A stretch of DNA of 64,000 nucleotides from Candidatus Hydrogenedentota bacterium (lineage in GTDB: Bacteria > Hydrogenedentota > Hydrogenedentia > Hydrogenedentales > JAEUWI01): assembly GCA_034669905.1 (NCBI GenBank), contig JAXMOL010000026.1, positions 1 through 64,000 on the forward strand, given 5' to 3'. A program made the translations under genes and the position numbers. The notes beneath the pieces were generated by a model. That model was not told the DNA's origin. It did not search any database and saw only the letters and a program-made list of their open reading frames with translations. The stretch's first letter is position 1, and each line of letters opens with the position of its first letter. Below, one piece after another: positions 28,568 to 37,078 of this stretch.

Positions 28568-29590
28568 ATGGCCCACGACGACATCGTAGATCCCGAGATT
28601 CAAGGGGAGGATACCCTCGCTGAGGAACAGATCCGCCCCCAACGGCTGGAAGAGTTTCCCGGCCAGGTGCCGATTAAGGACAAGCTCGCGATTGCGATTC
28701 AGGCGGCGCAGGGGCGTCAGGAGCCCTTGGACCACATGTTGCTCAGTGGGCCGCCGGGACTGGGTAAGACCACCCTGGCGCGCATTCTGGCCAATGAAAT
28801 GGGCGTGGATATTAAACAGACCTCCGGCCCTGTCATCGAGCGGCAGGCCGATCTTTCGGCCATCCTTACGAGCCTTGAATCCTTCGATGTGTTGTTCATC
28901 GATGAGATTCACCGACTCAACCATGCGGTGGAAGAAACCCTCTACTCCGCCATGGAAGACTTCGAGGTGGATATCATGTTGGGCAAGGGTCCCACGGCCC
29001 GCTCCATGAAAATCGGGCTCAAGCCTTTTACCCTCATTGGGGCCACGACCCGGTCAGGACTGCTTACCCCGCCGCTCCGTGCCCGTTTTGGCGATACGTG
29101 CCGCTTTGAGTTTTACAGTCCATCGGAGCTCAAACACATTGTGCTTCGTGCCGCCCGCATTCTCGATGTGCCAATCGAAGACGATGGTGCGTTGGAAATC
29201 GCCGCCCGCTCCCGGGGTACGGCCCGGGTCGCCAATCGCTTGCTCCGCCGCGTCCGTGATTTTGCCCAGGTCAAGGGGGAGGGGGTAATCACCCGCGAAA
29301 TGGCCGATGCCGCGCTGGAGTTACTGCGTATTGACCGCCTGGGGCTCGATGACATGGACCGCAACATCCTCATGACCGCCATCGAAAAATTCAGTGGCGG
29401 GCCGGTCGGACTGGCTTCCCTCGCGGTGGCGGTGGGGGAAGAGCGCCAGACCCTGGAAGAGGTCCACGAGCCCTTTCTCATCCAACTGGGCTTCATCAAA
29501 CGCACCCAGCAAGGCCGCGTGGCCACGCCCCTCGCCTACAAGCATTTTGGGCTTAACCCCCCGCAAACAAACAGCCCTGAGTTGTTTTAG
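28568..29590 (+). CDS. ruvB: Holliday junction DNA helicase RuvB
   Basis: [49 protein letters not shown]. Confidence 0.97.
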   Translation: MAHDDIVDPEIQGEDTLAEEQIRPQRLEEFPGQVPIKDKLAIAIQAAQGRQEPLDHMLLSGPPGLGKTTLARILANEMGVDIKQTSGPVIERQADLSAILTSLESFDVLFIDEIHRLNHAVEETLYSAMEDFEVDIMLGKGPTARSMKIGLKPFTLIGATTRSGLLTPPLRARFGDTCRFEFYSPSELKHIVLRAARILDVPIEDDGALEIAARSRGTARVANRLLRRVRDFAQVKGEGVITREMADAALELLRIDRLGLDDMDRNILMTAIEKFSGGPVGLASLAVAVGEERQTLEEVHEPFLIQLGFIKRTQQGRVATPLAYKHFGLNPPQTNSPELF

Positions 29591-29866
29591 GTCCCAGGCA
29601 TCCCGCATAATAGCGGCCATGTTGGTGGGTGCCGCACGTCCGTCGGGGACAGCTTCAGTTGTGGACGCGAGCCGCTTGAAATCACCGCGATCGGAGAATG
29701 TCCTGTCGTCGTTATTGATTTCCCACACTGACCACGCCAGGCAATTGATTTTTCAAAGCAACCCGTTACAGGTATTGTCTCCATGTCTCCCCTGGATCTA
29801 GAATGGGCACCAGAAATATACCCGGCCCCTTCAGAATCGGCCCCGACTCCTGGAAGGAACCACCCC

Positions 29867-31273
29867 ATGCAAGACGAAGTGAACAGCACCCTGCAAAAGG
29901 CGCTGGAAATCAACCTCGACCCCCACAAATATGGCACGATTGCCGAAATTGGTGCCGGTCAGGAGATTGCCCGCTTCTTCTTTCAGGCCGGCGGAGCTGC
30001 CGGGACGCTGGCAAAAACCATGTCGGCCTACGACATGCAGTTCAGCGACGCCATCTATGGGGAAGAGGAAAACGGCCGCTATGTAAGCCGAAGTCGCCTC
30101 GAAAAGATGCTCGAAAAAGAGTTCCGTCTGCTCGGCGAGCGCATTCAGGATTCCCGGCCGAAGAACAGTTGTTTCTTCGCCATCGCCGACACCGTAAAGG
30201 CGGCGGGCTATAAGACCCGCGGTCAGTGCCACGGCTGGTTGGGGATTCGTGCCCAGCTCTATCCCGGTGCACCGCCCAGCGATATCATCCTCCATGTGCG
30301 GATGCTTGATAACTCAAACCGCCAACAGCAGTTCGCCTTGGGCGTATTGGGTGTCAACCTGATTTATGGTGCCTTCACCCACTATCGGAATCCCGAGCGG
30401 TTGGTGGAGACCCTCATGGACAATCTCGATCCCGGACGGATTGAGATTAACATGATAAATTTCCAGGGGCCCTATTTCGACGAGATCGACAACCGGCTCA
30501 TGGCCCTCCATCTGGTGAAGTCCAACATGACCGGGGCCGTTATGTTTTCCCCCGAAGGCGAAGTGCTGCCGCCTTCCGATGCGCTCTACAAAAAGCACTG
30601 CCTCCTCTTTCGCGGTAGCTTCCGGCCCATTACCAATGTCAATATGGACATGGCTCGGTGTGGCAAAGAGCAGTTCATCAACGAAGACCAGACCGATGAA
30701 GAGCGGATGGTGCTGCTGGCCGAACTCACCATGGCCAACCTGATGAACGAAGGGGAAATTGATACCCAGGATTTCCTGGCCCGTGTCGACATGCTTGGCG
30801 CCCAGGGCTTCACGGTGCTCATCTCCAATTATCTTCGCTTCTTTCGTTTGCGCAGCTACCTCAACGAATTCACCAAGCGTAAGATTGGTATCGTTTTGGG
30901 CGTGCCCAATATCAAAGACATTTTCGACGAGAAGTACTACACCGATCTCGAGGGGGGAATCCTCGAGGCCTTCGGCAAGCTCTTCTCAGGAAATATTCGG
31001 CTCTACGTATACCCCGTGCTTGGCGATGACGGCGAACTCGTGACCCTGGAAAACGTTCGGGTCAGCAATCGCGTGCGACTCCTGCTCCGGCATCTCGTGG
31101 AGAACAGCTGCATCGTTCCCCTGGAAGGGGCCAACACGGAGTTGATGCAAATACAGTCGCGCGACGTCCTCAAGGCCATTCGACAAGGCCGCACCAACTG
31201 GAAAGATGCCGTGCCTGAAGTGGTCTATGAGACCATCGTAAGCAAGCGCCTTTTTAACTTCGACACGGAATAA
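29867..31273 (+). CDS. Conserved protein with a nucleotidyltransferase (NadD-like) fold C-terminal region
   Basis: YGTIAEIGAGQEIARFFF..GGAAGT N-terminus and RGSFRPITNVN resembling the NadD GSFNP(HxGH) loop. Exact function not established. Confidence 0.6.
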   Translation: MQDEVNSTLQKALEINLDPHKYGTIAEIGAGQEIARFFFQAGGAAGTLAKTMSAYDMQFSDAIYGEEENGRYVSRSRLEKMLEKEFRLLGERIQDSRPKNSCFFAIADTVKAAGYKTRGQCHGWLGIRAQLYPGAPPSDIILHVRMLDNSNRQQQFALGVLGVNLIYGAFTHYRNPERLVETLMDNLDPGRIEINMINFQGPYFDEIDNRLMALHLVKSNMTGAVMFSPEGEVLPPSDALYKKHCLLFRGSFRPITNVNMDMARCGKEQFINEDQTDEERMVLLAELTMANLMNEGEIDTQDFLARVDMLGAQGFTVLISNYLRFFRLRSYLNEFTKRKIGIVLGVPNIKDIFDEKYYTDLEGGILEAFGKLFSGNIRLYVYPVLGDDGELVTLENVRVSNRVRLLLRHLVENSCIVPLEGANTELMQIQSRDVLKAIRQGRTNWKDAVPEVVYETIVSKRLFNFDTE

Positions 31274-31856
31274 CGGGGACTGCACCGACGTCGCAAACCG
31301 GGCAGTAGGCCCCATGGCGTTTGGGCGGCATGACGGACGATGGGTGGCAACGACAATTCACCCGTCGGGGCCGTCCCCCTCCTGACTGAGACTTCAGGTC
31401 CATCGTGAGATAGGGGCTTTTCCGGTTCGCGGCACCTTTTTGTCCCCTTATTTTTCGGTTCATGGACAATTAGTGGGTACCAACCAAAACTCCCTCCGCA
31501 CCAACGAACTCAACCCAACAATCGTGCCGCGCGATCCGGTATTCCCGGTCGCAGACTCGCCGCAGGAGAGTTCGTGCGCGGGCCGGGAGATACCACCCGA
31601 TCAGTCGATGGCGGTCCCGGGCAAAGGGCAACGCGCTATTTCCCCCATGACATCTTGAAGACCTCCCACAACGACACCGCCCCTTCGCAAAAACTGGAGT
31701 ACATGAACCTATTCTTCCCCCTGTAGGTCCCCATGGATTGCTGTGAAGAGGGGGACGGCCCCGACGTCGCGGTGGGCAGGGTTACTGCAGCGTGTGACTG
31801 ATGGCCCCCGGGTTCCTGTGGGTGCGGTTTCGTTCCTCACGTCGGTGCAGTCCCCG
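31274..31856. repeat. Nested inverted-repeat element (A-B-core-B'-A'), REPIN/MITE-like
   Basis: A 31274-31291 is the exact reverse complement of 31839-31856 (18 bp). B 31363-31381 is the exact reverse complement of 31748-31766 (19 bp). Confidence 0.8.
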
Positions 31857-31925
31857 CCTGCGGCGCGTCGTGGACCCGCCTGCAGCGCGTCGTGGACCCT
31901 CCTGCGGCTCGTCGTGGACCCGCCT
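31856..31925. repeat. 22-bp tandem repeat x3.2
   Basis: gcctgcggcgcgtcgtggaccc / gcctgcagcgcgtcgtggaccc / tcctgcggctcgtcgtggaccc / gcct. Confidence 0.9.
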
Positions 31926-32282
31926 TTAAAAAGGAAGGTCTTCCCCGGGCGTGAACTGATAGGGCTCTGGGTCCTCCGGCTCCCAACGATAGATCGCCAG
32001 GTCGCAGGTATCGTTGATGCCAAACTGCACCCCCTCCTCATCCAGCAGTTCATATTGCAACGACGGACGTTGATCGTCGCCCCGGGCACTCACGCCCCCC
32101 TTGCTATTGATGACCCGTTGCCACGGCACGTCGCTGCCTTCTTCCAGGGCGCGGAGGGCATAGCCGACTGCCCGGGCCGCACGGGGTGTGCCGAGAATGG
32201 TCGCGATCTGTCCGTAGGTCATCACCCGCCCTGAGGGGATGTCTCGCACCAGGGTATAAACCGCATCATAAAAGGTGGTCAT
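31926..32282 (-). CDS. Alkyltransferase-like protein (ATL/YbaZ; MGMT family with active-site Cys replaced by Trp)
   Basis: IPSGRVMTYGQIA, ARAVGYAL, PWQRVIN in place of PCHRV. Confidence 0.9.
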   Translation of the reverse strand: MTTFYDAVYTLVRDIPSGRVMTYGQIATILGTPRAARAVGYALRALEEGSDVPWQRVINSKGGVSARGDDQRPSLQYELLDEEGVQFGINDTCDLAIYRWEPEDPEPYQFTPGEDLPF

Positions 32283-32525
32283 GGGAGTCTTTCATCGGCG
32301 TCTGTCCCGCCGGTCTTCGGTCGGCAGGATGTTTGCGTGCCGCGCCATGGGAATCACTTGGCATTTTCGTTCCACACCACTATAATGGCCCGATGCGTTT
32401 CCTGTCACTTCCCGAACCGTGTGGAGGTGGGGAAAACGCAATCGCAGGGAAAATACGCCGCGCGGTTCCACGGTCTTCCGTGAGTTCCGGCGCGCAACAC
32501 CATCTACGACGAAGGAGAGAACCCA

Positions 32526-33695
32526 ATGGCGAAGAAGAAACTCAACGTAGCCCTTATCGGGACGAAATTCATGGGGAAGGCCCACAGTAATGCCTTTCGC
32601 CAGGTGGGGCGTTTTTTTGACCTCCCCGCCGAGCCGGTCATGAAAGTTATCTGTGGCAACGACCCCCAGGGTACGAAGGACGCCGCCGAACAGATGGGCT
32701 GGGAAGAAGCCAGCACGGATTGGAAAAAGACGGTTAACCGCGACGACATCGACATCGTCAGCATTGCCTCCCCCGGTTACCTCCATGCGCCCATGGCCAT
32801 CGAAGCCGCCAAAGCGGGCAAAGCCATCATCTGTGAAAAGCCCCTGGCCAATACCCTCAAAGAAGCCCAGGATATGCTTAAGGCCGTCGAGAAGGCCGGG
32901 GTGCCCAACATGTGCGGTTTCACCTACCGCTTTAATCCCGCCATCGCTACCATCAAGAACATGATTCAAAAAGGCGAGCTCGGTGAAATCTTCCACTACC
33001 GGGGCTGCTACCTCCAGGACTGGATCGTCGACCCCGAGTTTCCCGTGAACTGGCGCCTCAAAAAAAAGACGGCCGGCTCCGGTGCCCTGGGCGACATCGG
33101 TGCCCACACCATCGACATGGCGCAGAATCTTCTCGGCGACATTGCCGAAGTGAGTGCCACCCTCCAGACCTTCATCAAAAAGCGCCCCATCGAAGAAGGC
33201 CAGGCCACCATCGCCAACAAAAAGAAATCGGCCGGCAAAAAGAAAATGGGTACGGTCGACGTCGATGACGCCGCTATCGTGATTGCCCGGTTCAAAAGCG
33301 GCAATACGCTGGCCACCTTTGAAGCCACCCGTTTTGCACCCGGCCGCCGCAATTTCCACGGCCTCGAAATTTATGGCAGCAAGGGCAGCGTCATCTGGAA
33401 CCAGGAAGACATGCACAAGTTCCAGTATTACAACAACGCGGACGACGATCTGAAACAGGGTTTCCGCACCATCCATGCTACGGATCCCGGTCATCCTTAT
33501 ACGGAAGCCTGGTGGCCACCTGCGCACAACATCGGCTACGAGCACCTGTTCGTTCACGAAGTCTATGAGTTCATCAGCCAGCTCAAGCGGAAGAAAGTCA
33601 ACTACCCGACTTTCGCCGATGGCGTTCAGTGCCAGAAGGTGCTTGACGCGGTAGAGAAGTCCAGCGCGAGCAAAAAGTGGGTTGGGGTGAAATGA
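32526..33695 (+). CDS. Gfo/Idh/MocA-family oxidoreductase
   Basis: NVALIGTKFMGKAH, CEKPLA, GALGDIGAHTID. AAGGAG RBS. Confidence 0.92.
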   Translation: MAKKKLNVALIGTKFMGKAHSNAFRQVGRFFDLPAEPVMKVICGNDPQGTKDAAEQMGWEEASTDWKKTVNRDDIDIVSIASPGYLHAPMAIEAAKAGKAIICEKPLANTLKEAQDMLKAVEKAGVPNMCGFTYRFNPAIATIKNMIQKGELGEIFHYRGCYLQDWIVDPEFPVNWRLKKKTAGSGALGDIGAHTIDMAQNLLGDIAEVSATLQTFIKKRPIEEGQATIANKKKSAGKKKMGTVDVDDAAIVIARFKSGNTLATFEATRFAPGRRNFHGLEIYGSKGSVIWNQEDMHKFQYYNNADDDLKQGFRTIHATDPGHPYTEAWWPPAHNIGYEHLFVHEVYEFISQLKRKKVNYPTFADGVQCQKVLDAVEKSSASKKWVGVK

Positions 33696-33727
33696 GCGGC
33701 GGGCCCAAGTGTTAGGGAGTTAGCGAA

Positions 33728-33985
33728 GTGGAGCCTCTTAATTCGATTACGCACAGTAGTGTCTTTGTCACTATCCTGACGTTCGGTGCCTTAGCATTTA
33801 ATCTGCTCTGGACGGGATTTCTCGTGTACGCAGTAATGAGAGGGTTGCGTTATGGCGAAGTGCTCGCAACTTCTGCCGAGGAACAAACGGAAATGGAGAA
33901 GCAACGTACTGTACAGATGGATGAGGCGCTAACACTCTTGAAGGTCTTGAATGAAAATCTGTCCAATCGCACCACCAAAAACTAG
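33728..33985 (+). CDS. Small single-TM hypothetical protein
   Basis: 85 aa, hydrophobic N-terminal half, helical charged tail ending NRTTKN. GGGAG RBS. Confidence 0.65.
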   Translation: MEPLNSITHSSVFVTILTFGALAFNLLWTGFLVYAVMRGLRYGEVLATSAEEQTEMEKQRTVQMDEALTLLKVLNENLSNRTTKN

Positions 33986-33993
33986 CGCCAAGG

Positions 33994-34149
33994 CTCGTTC
34001 CCAGGCTCTGCCTGGGAATGCAGATCCCGGAGCTCTGCTCCGGAAGACTGCGGCGTTGACCTAACCATCAGAAGAAAAGAAAGACATATCGGTAGCCCTT
34101 CGACGCAGAGCGTCGAAATAGGCATTCCCAGGCAGAGCCAGGGAACGAG
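33994..34149. repeat. REPIN/MITE-like palindromic element, 156 bp
   Basis: 28-bp terminal inverted repeats ctcgttcccaggctctgcctgggaatgc / gcattcccaggcagagccagggaacgag (1 mismatch). Two internal hairpins share the GCTCTGC/GCAGAGC loop. Confidence 0.85.
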
Positions 34150-34178
34150 GTACTAATTAAACCAAAGAGGGTTTCGTG

Positions 34179-34337
34179 ATGGATGGTGGTACGATGTTCA
34201 CGCAGTTTTATTTGCTGCTCGAAACAGTGTGGCTGGGACTTTCAATCGTTGCGTTGTTTTTTGGCATTCGCGTCTTGAAGAGTCTGTGCACACTGCTACA
34301 ATCTGCAGCGGCCTACCTCGACTCCCGGCGACAATAG
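34179..34337 (+). CDS. Small single-TM hypothetical protein (52 aa, not in the ORF track)
   Basis: AAAGAGGG RBS, then MDGGTMFTQFYLLLETVWLGLSIVALFFGIRVLKSLCTLLQSAAAYLDSRRQ*. Confidence 0.55.
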   Translation: MDGGTMFTQFYLLLETVWLGLSIVALFFGIRVLKSLCTLLQSAAAYLDSRRQ

Positions 34338-34388
34338 CGTTAAACTCGGTTCCGGGCGGGGTCTGGGGTCGAGGAAAGGAGACAGCCT

Positions 34389-34634
34389 ATGGAGACCGTG
34401 GCAATGCCGTGGGCCTTTCTGGCGGTGGCTTATTTGATTCCGATCATCTTTTTGGCCATCGGAGTGGTGCTGGTTGTTTTTCTGGTGCGCTACGCCTTTG
34501 GTGTTAGTCGTTTTCTGGCGGCGGCGGAAGAAAACCTCGCATTAAATCGGAAACGTGAACAGCACGACGAGAAGATGGTGAAAGTGCTCTGCGAAATACG
34601 AGACCATATGGAACATCGCACCATCAAGAATTGA
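34389..34634 (+). CDS. Small single-TM hypothetical protein
   Basis: 81 aa, AAAGGAG RBS, TM then charged helix ending HRTIKN. Resembles 33728..33985. Confidence 0.7.
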   Translation: METVAMPWAFLAVAYLIPIIFLAIGVVLVVFLVRYAFGVSRFLAAAEENLALNRKREQHDEKMVKVLCEIRDHMEHRTIKN

Positions 34635-34825
34635 ACGCAGGAACAAAACATCCCCAGGCTGAGCCCGGGAACGTGATAAAACGGTAGTTCCGCTACGTCT
34701 CAGGGACTACAGAGACAGCAGGGAAGGTTACCTGCTGTCCTTGTCGTCCCTGAGAACATGCGAAAACGCCGTAGTACAACATTACCCGCCGTGAAGGCAT
34801 CAAACAACCACGAAGGAGAGAATCC

Positions 34826-35791
34826 ATGAAATTAGGATTGCTGACCTGTATGTTCGGCGACAAGCCGTTGAAAGACGTCTTGGAAATCATCAAGCCCCTG
34901 GGCCTCGACACCGTCGAGCTCGGTGCTGGCGGTTACCCGGGAGATGCCCACGCGCCCACCAAAGAGCTGCTGGCTTCCAAGCCCAAGCGCACCGAGTTGC
35001 TGGCCATGATTAAGGGCGAAGGCCTGGAAATCAGTGCCCTGAGCTGCCATGGCAACTCCCTGCACCCCAACAAGGCCCTCGCGAAGGAATTCCAGAAGGC
35101 CCAGTCCGATACCATCAAGCTGGCTGGCTTGCTCGGTGTGAAGACCGTCAATGATTTCTCGGGCTGCCCCGGTTCCGACAAGAAGGCCCAGCAGCCCAAT
35201 TGGGTGACCTGCGCCTGGCCGCCGGACTATCTTGAGATCCTGGACTACCAGTGGAACGACGTCGTCATTCCCTACTGGAAGAAGCAGGCCAAGTTTGCCA
35301 AGGACAACGGCGTCCGTGTGGCTTTCGAAGCCCACCCCGGCTTTGTGGTCTACAACACGGAGACCCTGCTTAAAATCCGCAAGGAATGTGGTAACAACCT
35401 GGGTGCCAACTTCGACCCGAGCCACTTCTTCTGGCAGGGCATCGAGCCCATCGAGTCGGTCAAGGCCCTCGGCGGCAAGGCCATCTTCCACGTTCACGCC
35501 AAAGACTCCAAGGTGGACCCGGTAAACGGTGCCGTCAATGGTGTGCTGGATACGAAGCACTACGGCGACGAAGCCAACCGCAGCTGGCTCTTCCGCACCT
35601 GCGGCTACGGCCACAGCCTTGAGTGGTGGAAAGACTTCTTCTCCACCCTGCGCCTCGTCGGTTATGACGGCCCGGTCAGCATCGAGCACGAAGACAGCCT
35701 CATGTCCAGCCAGGAAGGCCTCACCAAGGCCGTTGAATTCCTTAAGCAGTGCATCATCCGCGACAAACCCGGTGCCATGCACTGGGCCTGA
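34826..35791 (+). CDS. Sugar phosphate isomerase/epimerase (xylose isomerase-like TIM barrel)
   Basis: Metal-ligand motifs FEAHPG, NFDPSH, HVHAKD, SIEHED. AAGGAG RBS. Confidence 0.9.
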   Translation: MKLGLLTCMFGDKPLKDVLEIIKPLGLDTVELGAGGYPGDAHAPTKELLASKPKRTELLAMIKGEGLEISALSCHGNSLHPNKALAKEFQKAQSDTIKLAGLLGVKTVNDFSGCPGSDKKAQQPNWVTCAWPPDYLEILDYQWNDVVIPYWKKQAKFAKDNGVRVAFEAHPGFVVYNTETLLKIRKECGNNLGANFDPSHFFWQGIEPIESVKALGGKAIFHVHAKDSKVDPVNGAVNGVLDTKHYGDEANRSWLFRTCGYGHSLEWWKDFFSTLRLVGYDGPVSIEHEDSLMSSQEGLTKAVEFLKQCIIRDKPGAMHWA

Positions 35792-35810
35792 TGCCCCGCA
35801 TAATCCTGTA

Positions 35811-35848
35811 AAAAACGAGGAGCACGGAAAGTCCCGTGCTCCTCGTTT
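35811..35848. terminator. Bidirectional intrinsic terminator between convergent genes
   Basis: Perfect 15-bp stem aaacgaggagcacgg / ccgtgctcctcgttt with A/T flanks. Confidence 0.8.
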
Positions 35849-35873
35849 CGTAACAGATTGTGCTTCGAAGTGG

Positions 35874-36488
35874 CTATTCCATTTCGGCCAGGTTCTTCAA
35901 TTCTTTTTCATAGCAGGCCGGACAATAGCTGTGGGTAAAACTGGCTTGCGTATGCTTGCTCACATATTCTTCCACCACGCTCCAGTAGCCCCCGTCATCC
36001 CGAACTTTCTTGCAACTCGCACAGATGGGAATCAGACCACGCAGCGTCTCCACATCGGCCAGGGCTGATTTGAGCTGCTTGATGAGTTCGTCCTTTTCCT
36101 CTTCGCGCTCACGCACGGTTGCCCGGAGTCGGGCCCGCTCCATGGCGTTGTTAACCGCACGGCGCAGATCAAGCTCCCGCAGGTCGCTCTTCGTCAGGTA
36201 GTCGTCGGCACCCTCCTGAAGGGCCTGCACGGCGAGGGACTCGCTACCCCGGGCAGTACAGAGGACGGCCGGAATCATGGCCTCGACCAACTGGGGGACG
36301 AGCATGATGCCTTCCCCGTCGGGCAAGCGGTGATCCAGCAGGACACAGTCGGGCGTATGCGCTTCCAGCACAGCGCGCGCAGCCTGGAGGCTTTCGGCAA
36401 GCAGATAGTTGAACTCTTTTCCCAGGTGTCGTTGAACCGATTCGCGAAAAACGGAGTCATCGTCTACCACTAGCAACGTTGCGCTCAT
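35874..36488 (-). CDS. Response regulator with C-terminal Cys-rich domain
   Basis: REC (LVVDDD, LLDHRLPD), coiled coil, then IPICASCKKVRDD...HSYCPAC. Confidence 0.88.
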   Translation of the reverse strand: MSATLLVVDDDSVFRESVQRHLGKEFNYLLAESLQAARAVLEAHTPDCVLLDHRLPDGEGIMLVPQLVEAMIPAVLCTARGSESLAVQALQEGADDYLTKSDLRELDLRRAVNNAMERARLRATVREREEEKDELIKQLKSALADVETLRGLIPICASCKKVRDDGGYWSVVEEYVSKHTQASFTHSYCPACYEKELKNLAEME

Positions 36489-36928
36489 TCAAAATTCCCC
36501 TGTGGAAAATCCACCAAATTGCAGTAGTTGTCCAGCATGCGAACGACCTCCTGGAAGTTGGCGCTGATGTGGGTTTTTAAAATATAGCCTGCGATACTAC
36601 GGGCGTAACTTTCTTTCAGATCGGTCTCGTCTCGGGACGTCGTCAGGACGAAGACTACGGCATGTTTCAGGCGCGGATCAGCCCGCAATTCGTCAAGAAA
36701 CTCGATCCCGTTCATGCGTGGCATCTTCAGGTCCAGCAGAATAACGAAGCGCGGAATGGTCGTATGGGCCACGAAATCGCGCAGCTTTTCGAGGGCTTCG
36801 AGGCCGTCCCACGCCCGTTCCACCTGATACGGAGACTCACACTTCCGGAAGGCACGGGTTACCCGCTCGGCCTCCACATCGTCATTCTCCACCAGGAAAA
36901 CGGTGATATTGGCACTGGAAAGCGACAC
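36485..36928 (-). CDS. Single-domain response regulator (Rcp1-like)
   Basis: LVENDD, ILLDLKMPRMNG, VLTTS, YILK. Confidence 0.88.
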   Translation of the reverse strand: MSLSSANITVFLVENDDVEAERVTRAFRKCESPYQVERAWDGLEALEKLRDFVAHTTIPRFVILLDLKMPRMNGIEFLDELRADPRLKHAVVFVLTTSRDETDLKESYARSIAGYILKTHISANFQEVVRMLDNYCNLVDFPQGNFE

Positions 36929-37078
36929 AACGACCTCCCATTCAACTCGTAGGCTGATTCAGACAGATGCATGGTTTTTAGTGGATTTCACGGTGTTGTC
37001 GCTGCCCTGCGGACTATTTCTACACCGTAAACCCCGAATATACACTATAGTTTACACGATTGGTCGGATGAACGGCAA

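Noticed and set aside
31856..31925. CRISPR array
   Set aside because: Repeats are contiguous with no spacers, and there are no cas genes.
33700..34680. Integron cassette array (GTTAG sites near 33711-33725, small ORFs, palindromes)
   Set aside because: The palindromes lack paired RYYYAAC/GTTRRRY ends and no integron integrase is present.
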